60,790 bases of DNA from a virus: positions 1 to 60,790 of IMG/VR virus record IMGVR_UViG_3300005253_000580, one strand, 5' to 3'. How positions within the stretch are numbered: the stretch's first letter is position 1; each line of letters begins with the position of its first letter. Shown here piece after piece: positions 24,964-32,952 of this stretch. The translations under genes were made by a program, and so were the position numbers. Under the pieces are notes generated by a model. That model saw only the letters and a list, made by a program, of their open reading frames with translations. It was not told the origin of the DNA and did not search any database.

Positions 24964-25232
24964 GCATCCTAGCCCGCCGCATCGAAGACGCCGAGCAAGC
25001 CACCGCTGAACTGGCCCGGGACGTGAGCGCCCTTGAACTCGTGGACCTGCGCGCCCAGGTCGCCACACTCCAGGAGGAGAAGTGGGGGCTGTGGTCGGCG
25101 ATGGACGCAATGGTAATTGTCTTGCTGGATGGTGAACCCTGTTACCGGACCAGAAACAGCGTGCCGATGGAGATGCCACCACGGGCGAGGCGGCTAGTCA
25201 CCGCCGCTCTCCGTAAGGTCGGAGCGGTATGA
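24960..25232 (+). CDS. Hypothetical coiled-coil protein
   Basis: 90-aa ORF with 4-nt overlaps. Confidence 0.45.
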   Translation: MSILARRIEDAEQATAELARDVSALELVDLRAQVATLQEEKWGLWSAMDAMVIVLLDGEPCYRTRNSVPMEMPPRARRLVTAALRKVGAV

Positions 25233-25546
25233 TGGCACGCAAGGATAAAGAGGCGCAGGCTGCCTACATGAGGGAGTATCGCGCAGCTCACAAAGCAGAA
25301 CTGGCTGCCTACCAACAGGCCTATGATGCTGCGCACAAGGAGGAACGTACTGCATGGGAAGCAGAGCACAGGGCAAGGATGGCCAGCTACCGCGCAACTC
25401 ACAAAGAGGAGATAGCTGCGTGGGCGCGAATCTACTATGCAACCCACAAAGAAGAGAGGGCCATCTATAACCTTACTTACAACGCAGCCCACAAAGAGGA
25501 CAGGGCCACCTATGGCCGCGCTTACCGTGAGGCCCACAGAGAATGA
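25229..25546 (+). CDS. Repeat protein (A-x-HKEE-x-A-x-Y heptad-like repeats). Corresponds to the N-terminal part of the HNH gene 40995..41534.
   Basis: AAHKAELAAY, AAHKEERTAW, ATHKEEIAAW, ATHKEERAIY, AAHKEDRATY. Confidence 0.5.
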   Translation: MMARKDKEAQAAYMREYRAAHKAELAAYQQAYDAAHKEERTAWEAEHRARMASYRATHKEEIAAWARIYYATHKEERAIYNLTYNAAHKEDRATYGRAYREAHRE

Positions 25547-25845
25547 TAGCTGTCCAGAAGCATGACTATCACCGCACTGAGAAGGGCAAAGCGGTAATAG
25601 CGGTCCAGGGCGCGAAGCGTAGGGCCTTGATGCGCACACCTGAGGTCGGTCTGTCTGCTGCCGGGTGGCTGGACATCCTAAGCCGTGCCAAGGGTCGCTG
25701 TTTCTACTGCAAGGCTAAGGCGAAGCTCACCCTCGACCACGTTGTTCCGCTGAGCAGGGGCGGCCAGCACGTCAAAGAGAATGTCGTGGCGGCTTGCTTA
25801 AGTTGTAACTCCAAGAAGGGCAACAGATTATGGCTCCTAATATGA
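25543..25845 (+). CDS. HNH endonuclease (type C, McrA-like)
   Basis: CFYCKAKAKLTLDHVVPLSRGGQHVKENVVAACLSCNSKK. Confidence 0.7.
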   Translation: MIAVQKHDYHRTEKGKAVIAVQGAKRRALMRTPEVGLSAAGWLDILSRAKGRCFYCKAKAKLTLDHVVPLSRGGQHVKENVVAACLSCNSKKGNRLWLLI

Positions 25846-25899
25846 GGAGAAACATGAGCATCTTTCGTAGTTATAAGGTCGGAGCGCTGGAGGAGCCAG

Positions 25900-26157
25900 A
25901 TGGGCGTTTATAGTTGCCGAGGTTGTGGGGGCATAATTTACAGCGATGAGCGGCGTATCCAGCACGCGCCGCGCCAGAACTATCACCTCGTGTGCCACAA
26001 GAGAATGCTGGCTAGGAAACAGGCGCGGGCGCAAGCGAGTAAATGCCCAGGCCATCTGCGTCACTGGTTCACAGCGTCAGTCGGCGATCGGCTATCGCAC
26101 TGTTCCCGATGCGGTGCGCCTAACCCCTCCATGAGGGTCGGAGCGCTGGAGCCATGA
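25900..26157 (+). CDS. Small zinc-ribbon protein
   Basis: CRGCGG...CSRCG. Confidence 0.45.
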   Translation: MGVYSCRGCGGIIYSDERRIQHAPRQNYHLVCHKRMLARKQARAQASKCPGHLRHWFTASVGDRLSHCSRCGAPNPSMRVGALEP

Positions 26158-26378
26158 GCCAACCTGAACCAACTGGACTCTGTGAGAACTGCGGGCTGCG
26201 TGACGCTACGGGTTGGTGGGTTGGCGACGGTGGCGTCCTGGCTTTTGTTCATGGCCACAAAAAGGCGTGGTGCGAGCAGTGTGTAGTACGGGCTCAGATA
26301 CAGCACGCCGAGGAGATGGCAGCGAACCTTCCAAGTCTACGAGAAACATTAGACACCCTGGAAAGGAGGGAGTCATGA
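26154..26378 (+). CDS. Small Cys-containing protein
   Basis: CENCG...WCEQC. Confidence 0.45.
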   Translation: MSQPEPTGLCENCGLRDATGWWVGDGGVLAFVHGHKKAWCEQCVVRAQIQHAEEMAANLPSLRETLDTLERRES

Positions 26379-26596
26379 TGGACATCACGGAGCGGCGCAT
26401 TCGAGTGAGCCGAGACAAAGAACCTCAGATCGGCGTCTATCATAACTGGTGCCGTGAGTGCACTCAATGGTCTATATGGGCGGTTACATTCTATGGCTCC
26501 CCACCAGGACCACGGATAAGATCAGTTTACCACTACTATTGTGACCTCCATCTCCCTGCCAAATATCGGAGGTTGTTGGAGGAACTGGAGCCATGA
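26375..26596 (+). CDS. Hypothetical protein (start at the ATG after GGAGGGAG)
   Basis: MMDITERRIRV.... ATGA overlap with the upstream stop. The ORF track starts at 26213. Confidence 0.45.
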   Translation: MMDITERRIRVSRDKEPQIGVYHNWCRECTQWSIWAVTFYGSPPGPRIRSVYHYYCDLHLPAKYRRLLEELEP

Positions 26597-27372
26597 GTTG
26601 GGGAGCGCTAGACGCAGTAGAGAACATGGTCGAGGTGAAGGGTATAGAACGCTTCGTGCTCTACATCCTCGCTTACCGCCAGAACAGCGAAACGCTCCGC
26701 TGTGATCCCTCGCTTTCTAGACTCCAGCGGGATACAGGGCTCACCCGACCAACCCTGAGTAAACACCTGTGGGCTCTGCATACAAAGGGGCTCATCCGCA
26801 TTGAAAGCCGCTACGACGACAGAGGCCAACTCAGTAACTTCTACCACCTCCTTTTTGCAACCCCCCTAGTAAAGGAGATTACCTACCCCCCCCTAGGAGC
26901 TTTACCCAAACAGGAAGAGAACAGAGAAGACATTAAGAACCCCCCTACTCTTAAAAAGAGTAGACCCCCATCGGCTACTGCTCCACCAGAATTGGAAGAG
27001 TTTGACTCAACGCTCAGGGAAGGACTCGGAGACGCCTACCATCCAACGGGGGGTTTTTACGCAACGGTGCTGAGAAAGTATGGCGGGCTTGATCTCGTTG
27101 AAGAGGCGGTGAAGATGGTTGGATACTATGCTGCCAACCCAGGCAAAAATAAGGGGGCCACGTCATACGTGCTGAACTGGCTTGGAGGTGTGAGGAGTGG
27201 CACAGCGCAGAGACAAGGGATTGGAACGACTCGGAAGCGTGATGGAAGAGACCCGTGGGCAGACGGTACCGATGGCTACCGAGACGACGGAGCCATCCCC
27301 ACTCTGCCTGAAGTGCAACGGCGCGGGCTGGACCTCGACGCCAGTGGCCCGCGGGCAGAGATCCGGGAGTAA
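26593..27372 (+). CDS. Putative replication initiator (winged-HTH, DnaD/O-like by position)
   Basis: LSRLQRDTGLTRPTLSKHLWALHTKGLI is a wHTH. Followed by a DnaC-like loader. Has a Pro-rich linker. Confidence 0.45.
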   Translation: MSWGALDAVENMVEVKGIERFVLYILAYRQNSETLRCDPSLSRLQRDTGLTRPTLSKHLWALHTKGLIRIESRYDDRGQLSNFYHLLFATPLVKEITYPPLGALPKQEENREDIKNPPTLKKSRPPSATAPPELEEFDSTLREGLGDAYHPTGGFYATVLRKYGGLDLVEEAVKMVGYYAANPGKNKGATSYVLNWLGGVRSGTAQRQGIGTTRKRDGRDPWADGTDGYRDDGAIPTLPEVQRRGLDLDASGPRAEIRE

Positions 27373-28003
27373 GGCTGTGCCCTGTGAGTGCCAGGACGTG
27401 CGCCTACGGGCTGAGCGCCATGCCTCAGACCTCTACTGGGACATCGTGCGACTCCCCCTGCGAGGTGACTTCCTACGGTGGACCTTTGAGGCCTGGGAGC
27501 ATGTCCCGAAGCTGGAGGGCGCTTTCACCGTAGCAATGGCGATGGCAGACGGGAAGCCTTGGCCCTCCGTCCTCCTGTTCGCCGGACCATCTGGCACGGG
27601 CAAGACCCACCTGGGCGTAGCGGCTGTGCGTAGGGCTCAGCAGAGAGGTGTGCCGGCGCGGTATGTCTACGTTGCCAGCTATCTCACCGAGCTCCGGGGC
27701 TTCATGTTCGGTGAGGGGGATGCCGACTCTCAGAAGATGACGGCTGAGAAGTGGGAAGCTATCCATATCGATCTGCCGCTCCTGGTGCTGGATGACTACG
27801 GCGTGAGCAAAGACACAGACTGGACCGACGAGAGGTTGGACCGGCTTATTGCTGAGCGCGACGCCAATGGCGACCCTACGATTCTCACGACGAATCTTGA
27901 CATCGACCAACTCCCTACGAGGATACGGGATCGGGTCACAGGCACCAAGGCGCTCAACTTCCGCTTCGCGGTGCCCAGCTACCGCCAGCGTAAGGGAGCC
28001 TGA
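27197..28003 (+). CDS. DnaC/IstB-like AAA+ helicase loader. Start uncertain: ATGs at 27242 and 27272.
   Basis: Walker A GPSGTGKTH, Walker B LLVLDDYG, and an N-terminal CLKCNG...CEC motif. Confidence 0.75.
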   Translation: MAQRRDKGLERLGSVMEETRGQTVPMATETTEPSPLCLKCNGAGWTSTPVARGQRSGSKAVPCECQDVRLRAERHASDLYWDIVRLPLRGDFLRWTFEAWEHVPKLEGAFTVAMAMADGKPWPSVLLFAGPSGTGKTHLGVAAVRRAQQRGVPARYVYVASYLTELRGFMFGEGDADSQKMTAEKWEAIHIDLPLLVLDDYGVSKDTDWTDERLDRLIAERDANGDPTILTTNLDIDQLPTRIRDRVTGTKALNFRFAVPSYRQRKGA

Positions 28004-28545
28004 TGGACGCCTCTGTGGAAAATGGACACTGCGCCGTGTGTGGGAAGCGCTTCGGTGAGCGCGAATGGGCCGCTGCGTGCTATGTGTGCAAACCCGCCCG
28101 GCAGATGTGCCAGCGCTGTTTCCGGTTGCACGGGAGACTCGACCGGGATGAACATGAGGGCTACGAGCCGAATGAGCACCCTGAGCCAGCGCTGGACGTG
28201 ATGAAGAGAATGCGCGGAGATCCAATGCTTCCAAGGGTTATTGCAAGAGAGCCTGACATGACCACCATCGCACGAAAGGGCAAGGTGCCCGGTTTCGATG
28301 TGCCTGACCCAGACTGGGCCGCGCTCTTCCCCGACACGGGCTGCGAGTTGGCCCCACACTGCTTGACGTGCGATCTCCCACGCTGCCGCTGGGACACGCT
28401 GATCAGGAGCCCGTCTCCGGCTCGCATAGCCCGCAATGCCGACATCGTGACCCGGGTCCAGCATGGCGAGGAGATCAAGGACGTAGCGGAAGCCGTGAGC
28501 CTCAGCCCGCGCCGTGTCTGGGGCATCATTCAGAATGGGAGGTGA
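28003..28545 (+). CDS. Zn-ribbon plus C-terminal HTH protein
   Basis: CAVCG...CYVC...CQRC and IKDVAEAVSLSPRRVWGI. Confidence 0.5.
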   Translation: MDASVENGHCAVCGKRFGEREWAAACYVCKPARQMCQRCFRLHGRLDRDEHEGYEPNEHPEPALDVMKRMRGDPMLPRVIAREPDMTTIARKGKVPGFDVPDPDWAALFPDTGCELAPHCLTCDLPRCRWDTLIRSPSPARIARNADIVTRVQHGEEIKDVAEAVSLSPRRVWGIIQNGR

Positions 28546-28548
28546 GAG

Positions 28549-28938
28549 GTGAACTTGGTACTGAGGACTGTGGAAGAGGAGCGGAAAGCTATTATTGAGA
28601 AGATCGAATTCACGGATACTCCGCCCCGTGGAATCATGGTACCAGTCGGGATAGTCTACGACCTCCAGGACGCCCTCACCGAGATGGAGCGGCTACAGGG
28701 CCTGGTAGACCGGGAGGCTGCCACCCGTGTAGCGCTCACAGACTGCAACGAGGCGCACGCACGGCTCACGTCGGCCAATCGCAGGCTACATGCTGAGGCG
28801 GAGCGGCTGGAGCAGCATGTGGTTGACCTTATTGGGCTCAATACTGCTGAGCACGCCAAGGTTCATAAGGCAGAGCAGCGCTACCAACGCCTGCTGGAGC
28901 TGGCGGAGCCTCTCCTTCCTACAGTGGATAATTCCTGA
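28549..28938 (+). CDS. Hypothetical coiled-coil protein
   Basis: 129-aa ORF. Confidence 0.5.
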   Translation: MNLVLRTVEEERKAIIEKIEFTDTPPRGIMVPVGIVYDLQDALTEMERLQGLVDREAATRVALTDCNEAHARLTSANRRLHAEAERLEQHVVDLIGLNTAEHAKVHKAEQRYQRLLELAEPLLPTVDNS

Positions 28939-29147
28939 TGCTATGGAGGAGCACGATGGCCCGTCATAGCCACCGCTGGAAGAACGGCTACCCCCGCCAC
29001 TGCCGATGTGGGGCACAGATAACCCTCGATGAGCGTCTTGTCCTATTGCCAGAGCATGTCGAAGAACTCCGCACCGTGTGGCTCCGCCCTGGACCGATGC
29101 CGGACTGGGCGCAGGAGAGGCTACGGCAGGAGAGAGTGAATGCCTGA
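28938..29147 (+). CDS. Hypothetical protein
   Basis: 69-aa ORF, tightly packed. Confidence 0.4.
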   Translation: MLWRSTMARHSHRWKNGYPRHCRCGAQITLDERLVLLPEHVEELRTVWLRPGPMPDWAQERLRQERVNA

Positions 29148-29517
29148 CCCCCTTGTCATTACCATTCCCGGGATGCCGCCCAGTGCAAACCATGCCTTTG
29201 TGACGCGCTCCAACGGTATGCGGGTACTCACGAGGGAGGCCGAGGAGTATCAAGGGTGGGTAGAGAACGCAGCACTGGCGGCCTATGCAAACGGCAATCT
29301 CACCCTACACAAGGGCCAATGGCTCCGGCTCACCTTCAAGGCGTATTTCCCTGACAAGCGGAAGCGCGACCTGGATAATATGAAAAAGGTGATCGGAGAT
29401 GGAATTGCCAGGGGGCTTTTCATCGACGACCGTTGGTTCCTGTGGACAGACGATGTACCAGAAGTGGACAAGGCCGACCCCCGTATCGTCGTGACGGTAG
29501 AGGAGGAGGCGCTGTGA
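29140..29517 (+). CDS. rusA: RusA-family Holliday junction resolvase
   Basis: MPPSANHAF, KRDLDNMKKVIGDGI, FIDDRW. Confidence 0.8.
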   Translation: MPDPLVITIPGMPPSANHAFVTRSNGMRVLTREAEEYQGWVENAALAAYANGNLTLHKGQWLRLTFKAYFPDKRKRDLDNMKKVIGDGIARGLFIDDRWFLWTDDVPEVDKADPRIVVTVEEEAL

Positions 29518-29894
29518 AAATAATATCCTTCAGCTATACAGTTGAAGCGCTCCTGGCTGGAGCCAAGACCGTCACGCGCCGGGACTGGAGCGAGCGCTAT
29601 GCCCGCAGCTTCAATGCGGGCGAGGTGGTGCAAGCCTGGGATAAGTTGCCCCGCGCCGGTGGCAAGAGGGTGGGGGCCATTCGCCTGACGCACGCTCCCT
29701 TCCAAGAGAACGTGCGGGCTGCTCCTCGCTGGGCGTTCGCCGACGAGGGCCTCGCGTGGATGGCTGTCCATGACCTGCGATTGCAGGGCCTCACGCCTGA
29801 GGCGTTCTGGCTGCGTTGGCGGGAGGAGAACCCGCTCCTCTGGGTGGTGCGCTTCGAGCTCATAGAGAGAACCGTGACGATAGAAGAGGCGTGA
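29514..29894 (+). CDS. ASCH-domain-like protein (GTG start in a GTGA overlap with the rusA stop)
   Basis: KIISFSYTVEALLAGAKTVTRRDW. RBS GGAGGAGG. Confidence 0.55.
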   Translation: MKIISFSYTVEALLAGAKTVTRRDWSERYARSFNAGEVVQAWDKLPRAGGKRVGAIRLTHAPFQENVRAAPRWAFADEGLAWMAVHDLRLQGLTPEAFWLRWREENPLLWVVRFELIERTVTIEEA

Positions 29895-29914
29895 CGATAG
29901 AGGAGGCGTGAGCG

Positions 29915-30091
29915 ATGGCAATCTACATCTGCCGCACGTGCGGTATCTACCTGCTAGCGGGTTGTGGCTGTGCCCACGCGCATGGCTGGGAGAACGATGG
30001 ACACGAGGTTGCGAAACTCCCCAACGCCGGCGGCAACTTCTGCGACTGTGCCTGTGGCTGCGGAGAGGAGCCCCACGATGGCTCCCACTGA
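29915..30091 (+). CDS. Possible 58-aa Cys-rich protein (third frame, not in the ORF track)
   Basis: MAIYICRTCG...CGCAHAHG...FCDCACGCGEE. RBS GAGGAGG. All three frames are open here. Confidence 0.3.
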   Translation: MAIYICRTCGIYLLAGCGCAHAHGWENDGHEVAKLPNAGGNFCDCACGCGEEPHDGSH

Positions 30092-30293
30092 GTCGCCCTC
30101 CTGCGCCTGCCCCCACCGGAACGGGGCCTGTGGTCAGACTGCTAGGCATCAATGTGTACTCCGTGAGAGATCCTTGTGCGCACGGTGTAGCGCTGACCCC
30201 AGTGACCTGCGCCAAGGAATGTGTGAGATCTGCGCACGAGAGGCCAAGCTGGTGGAGAAGCACAAGCCGAGGGAGCGCGTGACTGATGGATAG
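30078..30293 (+). CDS. Possible 71-aa Cys-rich protein (internal ATG of ORF 29964..30293)
   Basis: MAPTESPSCACPH...CARC...CEIC. RBS GGAGAGGAG. Confidence 0.35.
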   Translation: MAPTESPSCACPHRNGACGQTARHQCVLRERSLCARCSADPSDLRQGMCEICAREAKLVEKHKPRERVTDG

Positions 30294-30295
30294 CC

Positions 30296-30595
30296 ATGCC
30301 GCGTGAGAGCGGTCGTAGGGGCAAGGTGAAAGGCGAGATCATGGCCGCCGTTCTTGGTGCCATGGCGGGCTTTGAACATGACCATGAGATCAAAGTGGGT
30401 CATCTGAAGACATCACTCGCCAAGAGAATTGCTGGTGAATTACTTGATCTCTTTGATAGATTCGACCGTGACCCGAACTACGGTCGGGGTTACGTTGGGA
30501 GTGTTGGAGGGCATTCGTTTTCTAAGAATAGCCAGCGGTACAAAGACCGGAAGATCGCCAAAGTAGTGAGGGCCATACGCAAATCGGGCGGCTAG
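30296..30595 (+). CDS. Hypothetical protein
   Basis: 99-aa ORF. Confidence 0.45.
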   Translation: MPRESGRRGKVKGEIMAAVLGAMAGFEHDHEIKVGHLKTSLAKRIAGELLDLFDRFDRDPNYGRGYVGSVGGHSFSKNSQRYKDRKIAKVVRAIRKSGG

Positions 30596-30609
30596 ATAGG
30601 AGGAGCGAG

Positions 30610-30876
30610 ATGGAAATTTGGATGCGGGACATCTCAACTTGCGACCACTGGAGAAAGGACCAGCGGTGTAGTCGTTGCGGCTCAGAGACCACGGGACGCC
30701 AGCTATGCCCTAGAGGTCCGGTCACTTTGCGTATGCAAGGAGTGGACTGCCCCTACTGTGAGGACGGCACGGAACACTCCCATTTCCAGGGATTGGCGAT
30801 ACGTGATGATTTGGCAGAGGGTGACTGGGTGGAGGCGGGCTACAAGCAGGGCGTCCCGGGTATCCCATTCGCGTGA
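30610..30876 (+). CDS. Small Cys-rich protein
   Basis: CSRCG...CPYCEDG. RBS GGAGGAG. Confidence 0.45.
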   Translation: MEIWMRDISTCDHWRKDQRCSRCGSETTGRQLCPRGPVTLRMQGVDCPYCEDGTEHSHFQGLAIRDDLAEGDWVEAGYKQGVPGIPFA

Positions 30877-31143
30877 TGTGGCACACGCTGGTGGCCTCCT
30901 TCTACCTTGGGATCGTGCACGACACCGACCTGATACGCGCCCTTCGAGCGAACCCTTGACAAGGGGGTGTACACTTAGGGAGCGGAGACGCGAAGCAGTT
31001 CGCGCCTGGCGTAGCCAGCGCTTAGCGCAGCGTCTACGATCCCTAAAGGACGTAGCGATGCTTGGGCCAGAAGACGGTTTATTGTAGCCCATCGGCGGCG
31101 TGATAACCCCCTATACGGGGGCTGCCGCTGATCATTGGAACCC

Positions 31144-31181
31144 CAGGGGGTGCATCTCGGTGCACCCCCTGAATTGTTTCT
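31144..31181 (+). terminator. Putative intrinsic terminator
   Basis: Perfect 11-bp stem CAGGGGGTGCA-tctcgg-TGCACCCCCTG followed by aattgtttct. Confidence 0.5.
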
Positions 31182-31323
31182 AGGAGGTGTAGCCATGGGC
31201 ACGACCAGCACTCCAGCCACCTCCTTGGCTAGAGTTTCGCAACTAGCTACTTGTGCCGTGAGTGTGCTCATTGGTCTACATGGGTGGTTACATTCTATTA
31301 TTCAGAAAGGAGGTGATGCCAAT

Positions 31324-31825
31324 GCCTACGGAGATTAGTTGGACAGACGTGCTGGGACTCCCTGACTACCAGGTCTCCAGTGGCGGCCATATCCGGCGAT
31401 CTACATCAGGTAAGTCCACACGGGTAGGTAGAATCCTCAAGGCCCAGATCGCGAAGGATGGCTACCTGTACTTGATGGTTCGGCGTCACAAGATATGGAT
31501 TCACAGGGCTGTTCTGGAGGCGTTCGTCGGACCGTGCCCAGAGGGGCAAGAGACTCGTCACCTGAATGGCGATCCCACAGATAACTGCGTAGCGAATCTT
31601 GCTTGGGGTAATCGGTTTGAACAACGGGAAGATGCCAGGCGGCACGGCACATTACCAATAGGTGAGAGGTCTTGGTCAGCAAAGCTAACAGAGAAGCAGG
31701 TCAGGGAGATCCGCCGACTCTACGGCTCGCTCTCGCTCAGAACGCTTGGGCAGCAATTCGGCGTCTCACATACTGCAATACGACGCGCTGCACTTGGCTT
31801 GAAATGGAGGCACCTCAATGGGTGA
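31324..31825 (+). CDS. HNH homing endonuclease (type B). The ORF track starts at 31262.
   Basis: DYQVSSGGHIRR...HRAVLEAFVGPCPEGQETRHLNGDPTDNCVANLAWG. RBS AAAGGAGG. Confidence 0.7.
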
Positions 31826-32699
31826 TCGCACGGGGATTTCCTGGGCCGATGCAACTTGGTCACCAATAGTCGGGTGTAGCAAGATCTCGCCGGGCTGTGC
31901 CTATTGCTATGCAGAGCGCCTGAGCACCCGCTTCAAGTGGACGACGCTGCCCTGGATCCCGAAGTACGAGGCCGAGAACGTGGTGTTGCACCCGGAGCGC
32001 TTGGAGCAACCCCTTCGCTGGAAGAAGCCACGGCGCATCTTCGTCAACTCCATGAGCGACCTGTTCCACGAGCTGGTGCCAGATGGGTTTATCGAGCAAG
32101 TGTTTGTCGTCATGGCCCTGGCTCCGCAACACACCTTCCAAGTACTGACGAAGCGCCCGGAGCGGATGCAAGCCTTCTGCGCTGCGCATCCCTGGTTTGG
32201 CAAGCAGGTCCGCATAGGACGAGGTGAGCGCCTACTTGCTGAGGGAACAATCAGCCACTCTGTTCTCCCCAACGTTTGGCTCGGCGTCAGCGTGGAGAAC
32301 CAATACTGGGCCGGTCACCGCATCCCGCTCCTGCTCGATACGCCGGCCGCCGTGCGCTTCATCTCGGCGGAGCCTTTATTGTCCGCCTTGGACTTGAGAC
32401 CGTACCTAGACGATCTCCAAGATAGCCAGAGGGCAACGCTGGATCTCGTAATCGTCGGTGGCGAGAGCGGCGGGCCGGAGAAACGACGACTGGTGCAATG
32501 GGCCTGTCCTGGAAACCTTTGGCCAGACGGCTACGCCTGGTATCCGAAGCCACGAGCCCTCGAATGGGTCCGTTCTCTTGTGGTACAATGTGAGAGTGCA
32601 GACATCCCGCTGCATTTCAAAGGATGGGGCGGTCCAACATCGCGATCGGGAGGACATCTGATTGATGGGCGTGAATATCGCAGCTTTCCAAAGCCGTAG
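31818..32699 (+). CDS. Phage Gp37/Gp68-family (DUF5131) protein
   Basis: GISWADATWSPIVGCSKISPGCAYCYAE, RIFVNSMSDLFH, VIVGGESGG. Confidence 0.75.
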   Translation: MGDRTGISWADATWSPIVGCSKISPGCAYCYAERLSTRFKWTTLPWIPKYEAENVVLHPERLEQPLRWKKPRRIFVNSMSDLFHELVPDGFIEQVFVVMALAPQHTFQVLTKRPERMQAFCAAHPWFGKQVRIGRGERLLAEGTISHSVLPNVWLGVSVENQYWAGHRIPLLLDTPAAVRFISAEPLLSALDLRPYLDDLQDSQRATLDLVIVGGESGGPEKRRLVQWACPGNLWPDGYAWYPKPRALEWVRSLVVQCESADIPLHFKGWGGPTSRSGGHLIDGREYRSFPKP

Positions 32700-32952
32700 T
32701 TTGGCTGAACGCTTCTGGCGACGGGTTGACTATTCGGGGGGATTAGAGGCTTGTTGGCCCTGGAAGGGTGCACAGGATAAACATGGCTATGGATGGATCA
32801 CGATCGGCAGCATGTTAGACGGTTCCCGGCATACTGAACGCTGTCCTCGTGTGGCGTATATCCTGACTCATTCAACTTATAGCGTAGAACCCAGCAGAAG
32901 GGAAGGGTCAATGCGTGCAACACCTACCCCGTCAGGGAATGGAATGTTATGA
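32662..32952 (+). pseudogene. Truncated type-A HNH endonuclease remnant (N-terminal half only, no DHLC/HNH core)
   Basis: ERFWRRVDYSGGLEACWPWKGAQDKHGYGWI parallels ERFWPKVGFTEACWLWLGAVDRDGYGQF (33571..34002) but diverges before the catalytic motif. Its 3' end overlaps the convergent M23 gene. Confidence 0.5.

Noticed and set aside
30877-31194. tRNA or other canonical RNA gene in the non-coding gap.
   Set aside because: I could not find a T-loop (GTTCRANYC) or cloverleaf arrangement here or elsewhere. Only generic GC hairpins are present.
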